NCBI GenBank assembly: GCA_965205675.1
Contig: OZ242186.1
Coordinates: 1,248,001-1,312,000, forward strand
Direction of reading: 5' to 3'
From: Nitrosopumilus sp.
Lineage (GTDB): Archaea > Thermoproteota > Nitrososphaeria > Nitrososphaerales > Nitrosopumilaceae
Length of the DNA stretch: 64,000 nt
Position 1 is the first letter of the stretch, and every line of letters starts with the position of its first letter. The translations under genes were made by a program, and so were the position numbers. Shown here one piece after another: positions 1-11,129 of the stretch. The notes under the pieces were generated by a model. That model did not search any database, was not told the origin of the DNA, and was given only the letters and a program-made list of their open reading frames with translations.

Positions 1-358
1 ATATCGAGTCTTGAGAATCAATGTCCATGAAAATCACTTTATCCCTACATGTAAAGTGGAGGTCCCACTTTCCCAAGTACGGATTTTGGAACTAATCTGC
101 GCAAGTATTACTCTTATTTCTAGAAATTATTCTGTAGAGATTGAAAAGACATTACTGATATCGTTGATTTTAACAAGATTTTTTTATATATCTCAACTAA
201 TTGTTGCCTGAAAACATTTAGTTTAGAGACATTATTTTCTTTCAAATTCTTTGAGCTATTCAGACATCTCAAAAACATCATTTGCTGAATCTTTTCAAAT
301 TCATGATTAATCGTTATTTTTCACCATATTTATTTAATAGAATAACATTTATGATTCA

Positions 359-2032
359 TTGGTAAATTTTAGATACAAAATCATAAAGACTGGTTCAGGC
401 TATCCCAAAAGGTTCGCAGTTATAATTTCTGAGTTTGTCATCGGAGATACAATATCCTCCGATTCATTATTTCAAAGACATAAAGAGGAATTATTACAAA
501 AACATTCTAAACCATCCAGTGTAAAGTCTGTAATTTCACAGGCAATGGTATGGTCCAAAAAGCAGGGCATCATTGAGAGATACGATGAACTGTCCGTCCC
601 AAAATGGTTTGAGGAATTAAAAACTGTTCATTATTGGCAAGCACAACTTCGTGGCAGCAGATTCAAAAATCTAACTAGGAAAAATGCCAACAGCACAAAA
701 ACACAGTATTTGTATCATTTATGGAACTTTAACAAATGGCTATCTGATAAGACCTTTGAGGTAAATATGCTTGTAAGTTCTGCAAACAATACCTTTGTTC
801 AAAATACAGAAAAGAGGCAATTTGAAAACATTGAAGAATTGTTTTTGATACTAGAGCAACCGTTTGCAGAGAAGAAAAATGTGACTAGAATCGTAAAGCA
901 GTATCTTTTAGATGATATACACAGAAACAAAAAGGCATCATACGTGATGATTATAAAAAACGCGATCAGGTCATATTTTGATAAAAACGAACAGCCCCTG
1001 CAAATCTCGTTTAACCCAAAAACACACTACAGCACTGAAACAGAATACGAGCAGAGCATGTCAGTTTCAGAACTGATGGAATTTCTCACAACTGGCAAGC
1101 CGTCAATACTTGAAAAAACCGTATTTTTGTGCAAGTTTCATAGGGGTCTTGATGTATCAACTTTGGTTGACAGATTCAATTATGAGGCATGGGAGCAGAT
1201 GGTACAATGGTTTGGCTCTGAGAATCACAACTCTTGGGACTTGGAGAAATGTCCAGTGCCAATATCATTGACTAGAATAAAAACAGATTACAAGCATGTG
1301 GGATTTTTGGAGCAGGATGCAGTAGAGCAATTGCAAAAATATCTTGATTTTAGAAAGGCAAAAACTGGAAACGGTATGGAGAACAATCAGCCGTTATTCT
1401 TAAACAAGTTTGGCAGACCGATAACTGTTGAATGGATATTGAGTAGATTCTCAAGTATTGCTAAACGTGCGGGAATCCAAAAGTCAGTAGAGACAAATGG
1501 CAGAAAGCAGTACAAGATGGACTCTCACGAGTTACGGGATTTGCTAAAATCCACACTGATAGATTCTGGGTGCAGAATTGATGTTGCAGACCACGTCATT
1601 GGTCACAAGCCAAAGGATTCCTATGAAAAACAGGCAAAATTGTACCCTGAGACTTTGCGAAAAGAGTATGCAAAGGCATCTAAACGTCTCAACATGTTTA
1701 CCAAATTTACCTCAGTGGTAAACGGCACCGATGATTCAGACGAATTGCGACTGGAACTCAAAGAAAATATGGCTCAGATGGAGAGTTTAAGAAATGATCT
1801 TATAATGGAGAAGGCAGTCAAAGACCGAGACAGGATGTTTGCAGACAGGCAGAGGGAGATAATGCGAGAAATGCAAAGGGAGATTGACGAGCTAAAGTCA
1901 GGTACAGACCACAGAACCCAGGAAAACACAGAGTTTTGCTGTGCCCAATGCAGTACAATTCACTCCAAAAAGTCTTGTCCTGCGTGCAATTCCAAGCTAA
2001 AGAGAATTTACGAGGATAAGGTACAAAATTAG
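359..2032 (+). CDS. int: Tyrosine recombinase/integrase with C-terminal coiled coil and Zn ribbon
   Basis: FHRGLD (first Arg), SHELRD (HxxR), HVIGHK and DSYEK catalytic Tyr; C-terminal CxxC..CxxC. Confidence 0.9.
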   Translation: MVNFRYKIIKTGSGYPKRFAVIISEFVIGDTISSDSLFQRHKEELLQKHSKPSSVKSVISQAMVWSKKQGIIERYDELSVPKWFEELKTVHYWQAQLRGSRFKNLTRKNANSTKTQYLYHLWNFNKWLSDKTFEVNMLVSSANNTFVQNTEKRQFENIEELFLILEQPFAEKKNVTRIVKQYLLDDIHRNKKASYVMIIKNAIRSYFDKNEQPLQISFNPKTHYSTETEYEQSMSVSELMEFLTTGKPSILEKTVFLCKFHRGLDVSTLVDRFNYEAWEQMVQWFGSENHNSWDLEKCPVPISLTRIKTDYKHVGFLEQDAVEQLQKYLDFRKAKTGNGMENNQPLFLNKFGRPITVEWILSRFSSIAKRAGIQKSVETNGRKQYKMDSHELRDLLKSTLIDSGCRIDVADHVIGHKPKDSYEKQAKLYPETLRKEYAKASKRLNMFTKFTSVVNGTDDSDELRLELKENMAQMESLRNDLIMEKAVKDRDRMFADRQREIMREMQREIDELKSGTDHRTQENTEFCCAQCSTIHSKKSCPACNSKLKRIYEDKVQN

Positions 2033-2302
2033 AATTTATTGTTTTTAATTGCTCGAGACAAGTCGCTTTTTCATGTTTCTTGCCAAGATTATCCAGGTAA
2101 TCTTTTTTGGTTCCGTGCAATCTTTGAGGGATAACTGAGATGAATATACTTGTAACCAATTTTCTAAAATTTAATCAGGTTCTGTAAAGTTGTCGCTACC
2201 CAAAGTGTGAATTTTCTCCAGATTGGATTTATGCCTAGAAATATTTTTTGACAATGTTTCATCCATAACAATTTTCCAATATTTCTTCTGTGTGTTCATT
2301 AT

Positions 2303-2509
2303 CTATCTGGTCATTTTTAATTCTGCTATTCTTTTGTTTATTCTTTTTTTCTGGGATTGCAGTTCATCTATCTCAGTCTTGCATGCTTTTGTTTTTGATT
2401 TGGGATCTGATGCGATTCCACAATAGATTTCCTTTCGGTCTTTGTCGTCATAATACACATAGTACAGATATTCTTTGTTGTGAACCTTGCGTATTACCTG
2501 TGATCCCAT
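2303..2509 (-). CDS. Small basic DNA-binding protein, possible excisionase/RDF
   Basis: RKVHNKEYLYYVYY..KEIYCG beta-hairpin plus coiled coil, resembling small archaeal virus/plasmid proteins; adjacent to the integrase. Confidence 0.5.
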   Translation of the reverse strand: MGSQVIRKVHNKEYLYYVYYDDKDRKEIYCGIASDPKSKTKACKTEIDELQSQKKRINKRIAELKMTR

Positions 2510-2761
2510 ACCCTATCAATTTTTTATTGTCATTTAATAGTTTGGTATCAATATTTTATTGATAAAAGTTAATATTGTGGTGCCAACATATTGTTGATAC
2601 AAAGCAAGAAAAAATAATTGGCTATGATGACAAATGGTGGGGGATACACCAGAATCTTTAGCAATTCTGAATCAGAGTTGGTATGAAGACAACTGTGACA
2701 ATCTGAGCCAATCATTTTTTGATTCTCTTGCTTCTATTTATTTTTTCGAGGTGATCTCTTA

Positions 2762-3094
2762 ATGAACACACAAGAATTCGGAGAGTCAAACAAAGGATGA
2801 TGCAACCAGGCTGTGCAGTTTAGTTCAGAGAAGTTTCAGCGCAAGATCACAGAGTATACTTTAGTTCACTATATCGTGTCAAAGATGGACGGCATATTAA
2901 TCTGGGACTGCCCAGATCATATCAAAAGAAAGTATGACTGTAAGCACACCAAGTCGGTTTTGGAATTAATCAAAAAAATGGCAGGATTGACAAAAAGGCA
3001 CCTGCTGAGATGGCAGATGTTATGGCAGATGGTAAGAACAAGTGGAAAATCATTATCTAAAATGCCCGGTCTACACAAGGAAGATTCAATTTGA
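2762..3094 (+). pseudogene. Degraded SWIM zinc-finger gene
   Basis: ATG 2762 is in frame with the 2813 ORF but is interrupted by TGA at 2798-2800. WDCPD..CKH is a SWIM motif with the first Cys lost. Confidence 0.55.
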
Positions 3095-3582
3095 AGAAGA
3101 TGTACAGTTCATGCCATCCCTCAAAGATGGGATGTTATAACGATCAATATTTATCAAAGAATACCGTATATTACGGTACTGCGATTCTAATTTTTGGTTT
3201 TTCAAGCAAAAAGATCGCTGTAAATTAGAATAAGCGTCTGAGTGCCTCGAAAACAAATTGCGAGAAATGTATCGAAAAGAGGGAAGTCCCTCAAGACATC
3301 TCAGACAGTGTTATTCTCATTTAATCTCTATTAAAATGTGCCAATACCAACGTATTGGTATACCAATACCGTTTTAGCTATTCTTTTATAGTATTTTTTC
3401 TCAACAAATGTTGCGAGAAATGTCATATGAAAAGTGGGGTGTAACGCCTGTCAAATAGTGGTGATACTGGAATCTCAGGGAAGATCAATCACAATTCTGG
3501 TCTGATATTAGATACGATAATCTCAGAATACAAATTATTTTGTGATTTTGAAGATTCAGGATTACCAGTAACAAAGGGTGCA

Positions 3583-4053
3583 TTGATACGCTGTGCAGTG
3601 ATTCTCTTCTTTGAGGACATTTCAAGATTTAAACAAAACCCAAAAATCCTACAGAGATGCGTCAATCGCGTATCAACTGACAAATTATTGGCAGAGATTT
3701 GCAGGAACATTCTACCAAACACAAAACTCGTGCTAAAAGACAAAAAAGATAACAACGAAACAACAATATCCACACAGGTTACGGCAGAGTCCCTCAAAAT
3801 AATTGATAAAATAATTAATTCCTCAGAGATTGCATCCATATTTGAAGAGCTCGAAGAGAACGGGTTAATCGCAAACAGGGCAGGCGGCAATGTAAAATCA
3901 ATTATTATTCGTGCATCGATATGCTATCTTTTGCGCAGATTAAATGATTTGAAGAAAAACCAGACGCTATATCAAATCGCAGTAACATTGCAATCTTCAG
4001 AAAAAACACTTGCAAAAATCTATGACGAAAAATACAAGGGGACAAAGAATTGA
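3583..4053 (+). CDS. Hypothetical protein, possibly RHH-like regulator
   Basis: Two similar helical motifs (IRCAVILF and IIRASICYL) and a TISTQVT strand. Confidence 0.4.
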   Translation: MIRCAVILFFEDISRFKQNPKILQRCVNRVSTDKLLAEICRNILPNTKLVLKDKKDNNETTISTQVTAESLKIIDKIINSSEIASIFEELEENGLIANRAGGNVKSIIIRASICYLLRRLNDLKKNQTLYQIAVTLQSSEKTLAKIYDEKYKGTKN

Positions 4054-4316
4054 CATTCACATCACAGATCAAAACATGTTGCAACGCAAAAGATTTTGCA
4101 TATTCTATAGCATACAAAAACCGTCCAGAAACATATGAAATATGTAATTCTTGCTGGAACAAAGAGGTCCAATATAAGAAAGATGATTCTACAATAAAGA
4201 ACGTCAAGATATTACAAGTGCAAGTATCAAAGATGGTCTGCAAGTCATGTAGTACTGTCGTAATTGATTCCATGGGATGTGAATCATGCCATCCCAAAGA
4301 AGAGGAGGAATCATGA
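4050..4316 (+). CDS. Cys-rich Zn-finger protein
   Basis: CC plus three CxxC motifs. Confidence 0.6.
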   Translation: MTFTSQIKTCCNAKDFAYSIAYKNRPETYEICNSCWNKEVQYKKDDSTIKNVKILQVQVSKMVCKSCSTVVIDSMGCESCHPKEEEES

Positions 4317-4598
4317 TTTATTCAAACATTACAATTAACCAGATTGACAAATATCCTATCGCTCGACAAAGCTATACACTGTCAGTATGGTTAATGCCAC
4401 GTAGTGCATCCCATTACGTGGTACATAGTTGCAATGACCGCAGATTCGCAGGGGTTAATACATAATGGAAAAAATACTAGGGTTTCACGAACTTGACTGG
4501 ATTTATGCACTAGTTGTAATCGCTGCAAGAAAAAACAACATTACTGTTCCAAAATTAAAATCATTATTCTTAGAGATGCAAAAACTCGACAAACCGGT

Positions 4599-5357
4599 AT
4601 GCAAGATTATTGTGGAGGAAAAAAATTGAGCAATGAGACTGGTGTAATTTCGTCTGAATTTCAAATTATGGATGAGGCAGACAACCAGCAAATCCTAAAG
4701 GCAGAATCAGCAATAAAACAAGCTCTTGCATATAATCTCAGAGGAAAGAAGCAGCTCTCATACATGGGAATAAAATGGCTGGTCCTCAAAATGTCACAAA
4801 AAGAACAGCCATTAGAAATTGTGGATATGCCGATAGTGGAATTATCCAAAACTGATCCAGAAGACGAATCCACATGGACATGGTACAGCACCATCAAAGC
4901 AAGAAATCTCAAAACCGGTCTTGTTACAATTGGAGCATCAGAATCTACGTGGCTAATAAAAAACAAGGACGGTTCATTTGGAGAATACGACAACTTTGGA
5001 AGAACAAAGGCAATCAGCAAAGCAGAGCGAAACGCATACAGAAAACAGATCCCAGAAATCGAAATAAACGCAATGTTGGAAACAATATCCCCTGACGATA
5101 TAGAACATTTAAAATCAACTGACAGTGCTCTGCACAACCCTCCAAGCCAGAAACAGTTGGATTATCTCAAAAACCTGGGCTATACGGGAATCACACCAAA
5201 AAGCAAAGAAGCGGCATCAGAAATAATTGAGAGTATCAAAAACAACTCAAAGGAATCATACTCAAAGTATTGCAGATGCGCATCACCGATTCCAAGCGGC
5301 GTAACTAATGGCAAGACATGCCAGACATGCCTCAAACCACTGGGGGTCACGGCATGA
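4599..5357 (+). CDS. Putative single-strand annealing protein (Rad52/Sak-like) with C-terminal Zn finger
   Basis: IGASES..GRTKAISKAERNAYRK core and PPSQKQLDYLKNLG C-terminal motif typical of viral SSAPs. Confidence 0.55.
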   Translation: MQDYCGGKKLSNETGVISSEFQIMDEADNQQILKAESAIKQALAYNLRGKKQLSYMGIKWLVLKMSQKEQPLEIVDMPIVELSKTDPEDESTWTWYSTIKARNLKTGLVTIGASESTWLIKNKDGSFGEYDNFGRTKAISKAERNAYRKQIPEIEINAMLETISPDDIEHLKSTDSALHNPPSQKQLDYLKNLGYTGITPKSKEAASEIIESIKNNSKESYSKYCRCASPIPSGVTNGKTCQTCLKPLGVTA

Positions 5358-5650
5358 TACCTCTCAGAATTACTCACAAACTGTTACAGTCAGTTCTAGT
5401 GTCAGACGTGTTTGATAGAGAGTTTAAAGAGAAATGCAAAGAATTTTTTTACAGTCCAAAGACTCACTATTACTGCTACGGTTACAAGCCAGACCATACA
5501 TCATACTTGGAAATTACAACTTCAGAGATAGAAGAGATTCACCTAAAAACTGATACATCAGCATTGTGGGATATATTATATTTTATACATCAGGTATGCA
5601 AAGTGACAGGACAGAGTTCTGTGTATCTCTACGGGAGTAACGGGAAATGA
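5318..5650 (+). CDS. Hypothetical protein
   Basis: ORF in a run of overlapping genes; probable start at ATG 5354. Confidence 0.5.
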   Translation: MPDMPQTTGGHGMIPLRITHKLLQSVLVSDVFDREFKEKCKEFFYSPKTHYYCYGYKPDHTSYLEITTSEIEEIHLKTDTSALWDILYFIHQVCKVTGQSSVYLYGSNGK

Positions 5651-6090
5651 ACACCTGGGTGTCAAAAGATGATGCAGAGCATCACTATCATACAGGTCAC
5701 CGTTCCATATGCGGCATCTCAGATATCCTGCAGGATATGGCAACGACTCATCACACCGCAGAGAATCCAAAAACAAAATGCAAGACATGCATGGGAATTC
5801 TGACATCAAAGGGATTTTTCAAAATAAACTTGGATAAAAACAGAAACAATGTGCACGAGGCAAAGTTTCTGCAAAAGTACAGGGAATCCACTGTCGGTAT
5901 GCTTACGCGATACCTTGCAGCGCCTGAGAACCACAAAATAATGACCATGCAAAAAATACGCCAGGAATTGGAAGGGACATTTGATGGAATTAATGTACTT
6001 GATGTGTTATCTATGGCAATAGTTTCCGGCGACGTAAAAGAGAAAAACGGGAATTTTTATCCAAAATGTAGAGAGGAGATAGTCTTATGA
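5647..6090 (+). CDS. Hypothetical Zn-binding protein with possible wHTH C-terminus
   Basis: H..CG..CxxC motif; ATGA overlaps at both ends. Confidence 0.5.
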   Translation: MNTWVSKDDAEHHYHTGHRSICGISDILQDMATTHHTAENPKTKCKTCMGILTSKGFFKINLDKNRNNVHEAKFLQKYRESTVGMLTRYLAAPENHKIMTMQKIRQELEGTFDGINVLDVLSMAIVSGDVKEKNGNFYPKCREEIVL

Positions 6091-7286
6091 TCAACTGTGT
6101 ATCTGATATGGTGCCTCCTGCAAGAAGCAACCGCACAGGTACACAGTTGGTGCATGTAATGAGGAGAAAACATCGCATCCTCTCCAAGCCGATTCCAATT
6201 TTTACAACTATATCTGCAGTTGTATTTGCAGAGATTACACATTTCACTAATCGTTCCATGCAGCGCCGTCAAAGTACTGTTGTATCCCTGATGGGGAGCA
6301 TCCAGCGTTGCATCCTTGGTACCACTGGCAGGATTTTTCATACACCTGCGGGCGAGAATACATGCAGTGACAGAATCACACATATCCAAAAGAATGAGAG
6401 GTGCAATATACATGACAATCTGGCCCAGGTCAGAAAAAGTGAAAAAAGCCTCCAATATTCTGATGGATATGCTGTGATAGAAGCTAGCATGTGCGAGAAT
6501 TGCGATGACTACAATTACAACTTTTACCAAACGTTTGGTAAAAGTGATCATACTACATCAACGCATATGACGTATGGGAGAGATTACTATTCAAGTATGA
6601 CATCCGGAATTATAGCACAGATGGATTTTAATTCTCTGTGCGCCCATTTCTCTTTCATTCATGCCGAAGAATTTTTCATAAATTAAAAGATGGATAAAAA
6701 TACAATCATGATTCAAGATAATAGGAATATGCAACTAAGAAAACTAGAAAAATTATTAGAACAGTTCAAAAATAAAATATCCGTTATAATCCAAGACCTT
6801 GATGCGGGAATGCCAGTCTACGGAACATGCAGATTGGGATTTTAGTTATTTTTCGAGATCTATAATTAAAAAATAAATTTGGACCAGTCACCAACACCCC
6901 AAACTAGAGATAACGACTCTAGTCATACATCAAAAATCAAAACATGTTGCAAGACAGATAAAGAATTATTCTCAAAATAAAATGAAAATCAAAAACAAGA
7001 TCACCAGAAATGAACAAATCGCAGGACAGATATGCTCTGCATGTTTTCATGCGATTTCAAATCATACCCTAACTATAGATACTCTTGATAAAAAATATCA
7101 AAAATTAAACTGTAATAAATGCAAATGCAGAAAATGTGCATGGTAAATGACTGGATGGTTTTCATCAAAAGCGAAAAAAGTAAAATGGGATTTCCCATAG
7201 AGCGACTGCAGGTTTTGGACATGTCAGCGTATGGTGGCAAAAAGATAAACGGAATTATAGAATTTGTCAATTGGAGATTTTCTTAG

Positions 7287-7574
7287 ATGAGTGAAAGAAT
7301 CACAATAAACCGAGACATGGTTGATAACATACACTTTCAAAAAGACTCTGCAGGACCAGAAAGATTTGTAGTTACAATTGATGTAGATTCAATGGACAAA
7401 GCCAAAGAACTGCAATCACAATTATGCAAAGAAAGCAAGGAATACCCCAAATTATCCTCCATCAAATCAAGACTGGAGCACGCCATCAAGAAGAATCAGG
7501 TGCATGACGGTCTTGAGAATAACCTTGATAAATTGGCAGCAGGTGAGGTAATATTTACTATCAATGTTAAATGA
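7287..7574 (+). CDS. Hypothetical protein
   Basis: ORF with protein-like composition only. Confidence 0.5.
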   Translation: MSERITINRDMVDNIHFQKDSAGPERFVVTIDVDSMDKAKELQSQLCKESKEYPKLSSIKSRLEHAIKKNQVHDGLENNLDKLAAGEVIFTINVK

Positions 7575-8101
7575 CTGCCAAAGATACAAAAATCATAAAC
7601 CCGTCTCTGAAATCCTTGTTTGCAGGCAGATATGGAAATAATTTATTTGTCAACTAACGACTCTGTCTGTATTTTTTAAATCTCACTGCGATTAACACAA
7701 GACTATTCTCACAAAAAGACCATTGTCCCCCAAAACTAAAAAGAAACTGGCTTTACAAATCAGGCAAACAGCAAGGCGATACATCGTACTTGCAGCTCCT
7801 GATAAAAAAACAGCAGAAGAATTGCTAGAGTGGTATGACAGTTAATTGACAGTTTCTGATAATTACTTGGGAATTTTAAATGCAAATTACCCGGCAGAGA
7901 CCACCAAGTTTATACAAAATCCCTAAAATGATAAGCGATTCCAAACCAGAATTATTCTCACAGAAGAGGCACGGGCTAATCCTTGCAACATGTTACAAAT
8001 GCGGCAAATATCAGGGATGCTACTCAAAAAATGGTTTGCCCCAAGTCCGAGAATGCCTCAAATGCAGTATAGAAATAGAGTTGAAATAAGATTCTAAAAA
8101 A

Positions 8102-8590
8102 ATGAACAGCTGTATTATGGTTAATCCCAAGCAGTTATTAGAGCATCTCAAAGCCATCAAGTCAATTATGAGTTCATCTGGAAATTCATTCTCAGCGCAA
8201 GAACTGACGGATTCACTTGAAATGATGGATATACTAAGTGACGGGGAATTACTGTATAATCTGGTACAAAGCAAAAAAGATGCTGAAAATAACAAAATAA
8301 TACCATTTCAGAAAATGCAAAAAGAGGCATACTGTAATGATGGAATAATGCCAATGTTTGCAGATCTGACTGATTCACAAAAGATCAAGGTTACAGCAGA
8401 TGCTGCAAAGTATCTGTATGCTAAAAAAGATCTAAAAAAGACTTTTGAGATAATGGACATAGTATTGGATGAGAAATACATAAAATCAATATCTAAAGAC
8501 AAAAATCAAAGCAAATGCGATCGTATCTCGTGGAGTACAATCAAAGAAGAGATGAAAAATATATCATCACACATACAGCAAGATCTCTGA
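8102..8590 (+). CDS. Putative antitoxin with two RelB/YefM-like C-terminal motifs
   Basis: LEMMDILSDGELL..KIIPF and FEIMDIVLDEKYI..RISWSTIKEE; directly upstream of relE. Confidence 0.55.
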   Translation: MNSCIMVNPKQLLEHLKAIKSIMSSSGNSFSAQELTDSLEMMDILSDGELLYNLVQSKKDAENNKIIPFQKMQKEAYCNDGIMPMFADLTDSQKIKVTADAAKYLYAKKDLKKTFEIMDIVLDEKYIKSISKDKNQSKCDRISWSTIKEEMKNISSHIQQDL

Positions 8591-8853
8591 GAACATACAA
8601 CAAACTAGTAAAAAAAGACCGTACACTACGCAATAAAATTGAGAAAATATTTGAATATCTGCAAGAGAACCCGAAACTGGGAGAAAAACTTGCCGCCAAT
8701 CTTGTCGGATTCAGAGTATACCACTTTAATTCAAACAAGTACAGAATAGTTTACAAGATAATTGACGGTTCCAATACAGTCGAGGTCCATGAAATATCGC
8801 ACAGAAAAAGATCATACTCTGATCTTGCTAAATATATTAAAAAAGGAAAATGA
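8515..8853 (+). CDS. relE: RelE/ParE family toxin
   Basis: LQENPKLGEKL..L.GFR...YRIVYKI...VEVHEISHRKRSY. Confidence 0.85.
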   Translation: MRSYLVEYNQRRDEKYIITHTARSLRTYNKLVKKDRTLRNKIEKIFEYLQENPKLGEKLAANLVGFRVYHFNSNKYRIVYKIIDGSNTVEVHEISHRKRSYSDLAKYIKKGK

Positions 8854-9503
8854 TTCTAAACGACACATGATAAATACATGCAGAATATAATACCATCCAA
8901 AGAAGACTCAAATAATGTTGTCGGCATCCTAAAAAAATAATAGTAGAATCAATAGAGAAACGAAAAAGAGCCTATACAAACATGGAACGAAATATCAAGA
9001 GGAATTCAGAGTTGCAAAAAGCACATGACGAGGACTCTGACACATCTGAGATTTTGCAGACTGGCAAAACAAAGACCTGTAGTTTGTGCAGACAGTCATT
9101 TGACTCATCAGATGTATTGTGGCTCACTCAAAAGAAAAGGCATGAGGAGCATCATGCCAGAAAGACACTATCAGATAATCAGATTATCGGTACTGTACAT
9201 TGGGAATAAAATAGGCATTGCAGATAGACATACCGGTTCCATGTCCCAAATGCGGAGGAAAGATGTACTCTGTTAGATATTGCGCAATAATTGACATACT
9301 GAAAAGAAGGGTGTGGCATGTCTGCAAGGAATGCTCATACCAGCAGGATGTAGAAAAATTCAAGGATTCAATCTGCAGGACATGATCCCAAAAGAACGTT
9401 TTACCGATAAAAAAGAGAAATGCTCATCTAATTGCTGGTGCAAGAGAAAATCTAAAAATGAAAATCACACTAATGAACAAATCACAAACAAGCGTCATAT
9501 AAA

Positions 9504-10337
9504 ATGAATCGAGGATTCAACAAACCCCTAAATCAGATGACTGAAGAACTGTATGAACATTTCCGGCAATTGCGTTCACAGCTAGAAGATGATTCCACGT
9601 GTGAGTGTAATAATGATGAAACAGATGAAGACCATAAGATGAGCGATGCCCTGCTTGGTAGAAAACACGACTGCAAACATATGGATATACTTGCAGAAAA
9701 AATGATTGCAGAACTTGGACAAAGAAATGATCTTGGTAAAGAATGGCAAAATGGATACAAAAAATGCATTACCAATTTAAGATGGCTATCATCAAAACTA
9801 GCTGTAATAACTGAGGATAATTTGTCAGACCATGATTTGTTAACTGGATTAAAGAGTGAGATTTCAAAAAAATCTTATGAAATTAATAATTTTGTGTCAT
9901 CTCTGCAAAAAACAACCGAGTATGATTTCAGATACACCAAAACCCTAAATGGTAAGAACCATGTTCTGCAATGCGTAGAAATTCCAAAAATCAAAGTTAC
10001 AATATCTAAAGAAAAGGGAGATGCAGGCATCATGGCATCACAGAAATGGCTTTACAAAAAAAATAGTATGAAAGCAATCTCAGCAATACAGAAAAAATAT
10101 CCAAACTCACTTGAAGGCAAGACAATCTTGGTTTGCACACATGCAACTGATGCCACAACATTATTCCTCAAAGCAATATCTGATCTAGGTGCCAAAATAC
10201 TCTCCATTCCAAAAGGAACAGCCCATAAAGTAACTGTCACATCTAAGGAAAAATTCTCATGCCTTGTAATTGCATCTCCTCCGTTCTCATTCTGGGATCA
10301 GTTCTTTCAATTCCCAGATAAAAAACATCTAAAATAA
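9504..10337 (+). CDS. Chimeric hypothetical protein with an AhcY-like C-terminal fragment
   Basis: MKAISAIQKKY..LEGKTILVCTHATDATTLFLKAISDLGA resembles the N-terminus of S-adenosylhomocysteine hydrolase. Confidence 0.4.
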   Translation: MNRGFNKPLNQMTEELYEHFRQLRSQLEDDSTCECNNDETDEDHKMSDALLGRKHDCKHMDILAEKMIAELGQRNDLGKEWQNGYKKCITNLRWLSSKLAVITEDNLSDHDLLTGLKSEISKKSYEINNFVSSLQKTTEYDFRYTKTLNGKNHVLQCVEIPKIKVTISKEKGDAGIMASQKWLYKKNSMKAISAIQKKYPNSLEGKTILVCTHATDATTLFLKAISDLGAKILSIPKGTAHKVTVTSKEKFSCLVIASPPFSFWDQFFQFPDKKHLK

Positions 10338-10339
10338 CA

Positions 10340-10639
10340 TTGTCGCAACAAAAACCAATCATTTTGTTTCCAGGGGTGGAGATTCTGCCAAACTTAACAA
10401 TGGAGCGTGTAAAGGAACACCTCAAAAAATATTGTGCCATTGATACGCTAGGTAACACGATTTACATCAAAAAGATGGGAAATGACAAGACAACATTTGC
10501 AATAGAGTTTGAATCAGATGAGATATACAAAGTGAGAAAAATAAATGACGGGGACGGCAACCGTCTTAAGCAAGTCATTTTTGAAATGGATGGGTGCGAG
10601 GTGTCAGATTATAATGATTCAGATTATGAGCAACTCTAA
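10340..10639 (+). CDS. Hypothetical protein
   Basis: ORF abutting the upstream gene. Confidence 0.5.
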   Translation: MSQQKPIILFPGVEILPNLTMERVKEHLKKYCAIDTLGNTIYIKKMGNDKTTFAIEFESDEIYKVRKINDGDGNRLKQVIFEMDGCEVSDYNDSDYEQL

Positions 10640-10814
10640 ATGACACATAACAAAACCAATCGTTGAAGCTAAAAATCAATCCAGAATGTATGGAACAGAT
10701 CACAAGACCTGAGAAAACTCAGTTAAGCGCGATGGAACATTCACGGTACAAGATAGGCAACAGGCATGATGGAATGACATGCATTATTAATGGAATGAAA
10801 TTCTCAATTAAAGA

Positions 10815-11108
10815 TTATTTTTCCCAGTACTTGTCTTGCATCAAAAACACTACCAATAAAATAATAAATGCAAATCCGATTCCCATCATAACCACAGATA
10901 CCTCATACAGTTCAACATATGTCAAACTCAATAATGCAAGAATAGATGACACAGAATAGAACACAACTACTGTTAAAATATACAAACGTATGTTGCCACT
11001 CCATTTTTGTTTGACTATGTTCATCAAAGTCAACAACACCAAAGTTCCAGCAATTATTGTCGCATTGATTTGCAAAACATCTTTAATTTCAAGGATTGAC
11101 GCATCCAT
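10815..11108 (-). CDS. Small membrane protein with about 3 TM helices
   Basis: Three hydrophobic segments; DVLQINATIIAGTLVLLTL. Confidence 0.65.
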   Translation of the reverse strand: MDASILEIKDVLQINATIIAGTLVLLTLMNIVKQKWSGNIRLYILTVVVFYSVSSILALLSLTYVELYEVSVVMMGIGFAFIILLVVFLMQDKYWEK

Positions 11109-11129
11109 GAAAGTTGATTTGAGGTTACT

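Noticed and set aside
1-358. attL site or target tRNA next to the integrase
   Set aside because: No tRNA or matching direct repeat was seen; it probably lies upstream of the window.
2798-2800. In-frame TGA as a recoded (Sec or readthrough) codon
   Set aside because: The same gene has lost a SWIM Cys and the region is eroded, so a pseudogene is simpler.
3162-3369. Short palindromes TACCGTA-TAT-TACGGTA and GTATTGGTATACCAATAC
   Set aside because: They are plausible operators but short and AT-rich, with no supporting evidence.
6057-6686. Overlapping 199-aa (+) and 164-aa (-) ORFs
   Set aside because: I could not tell which is real. The minus strand looks like a frameshifted membrane protein, so no call was made.
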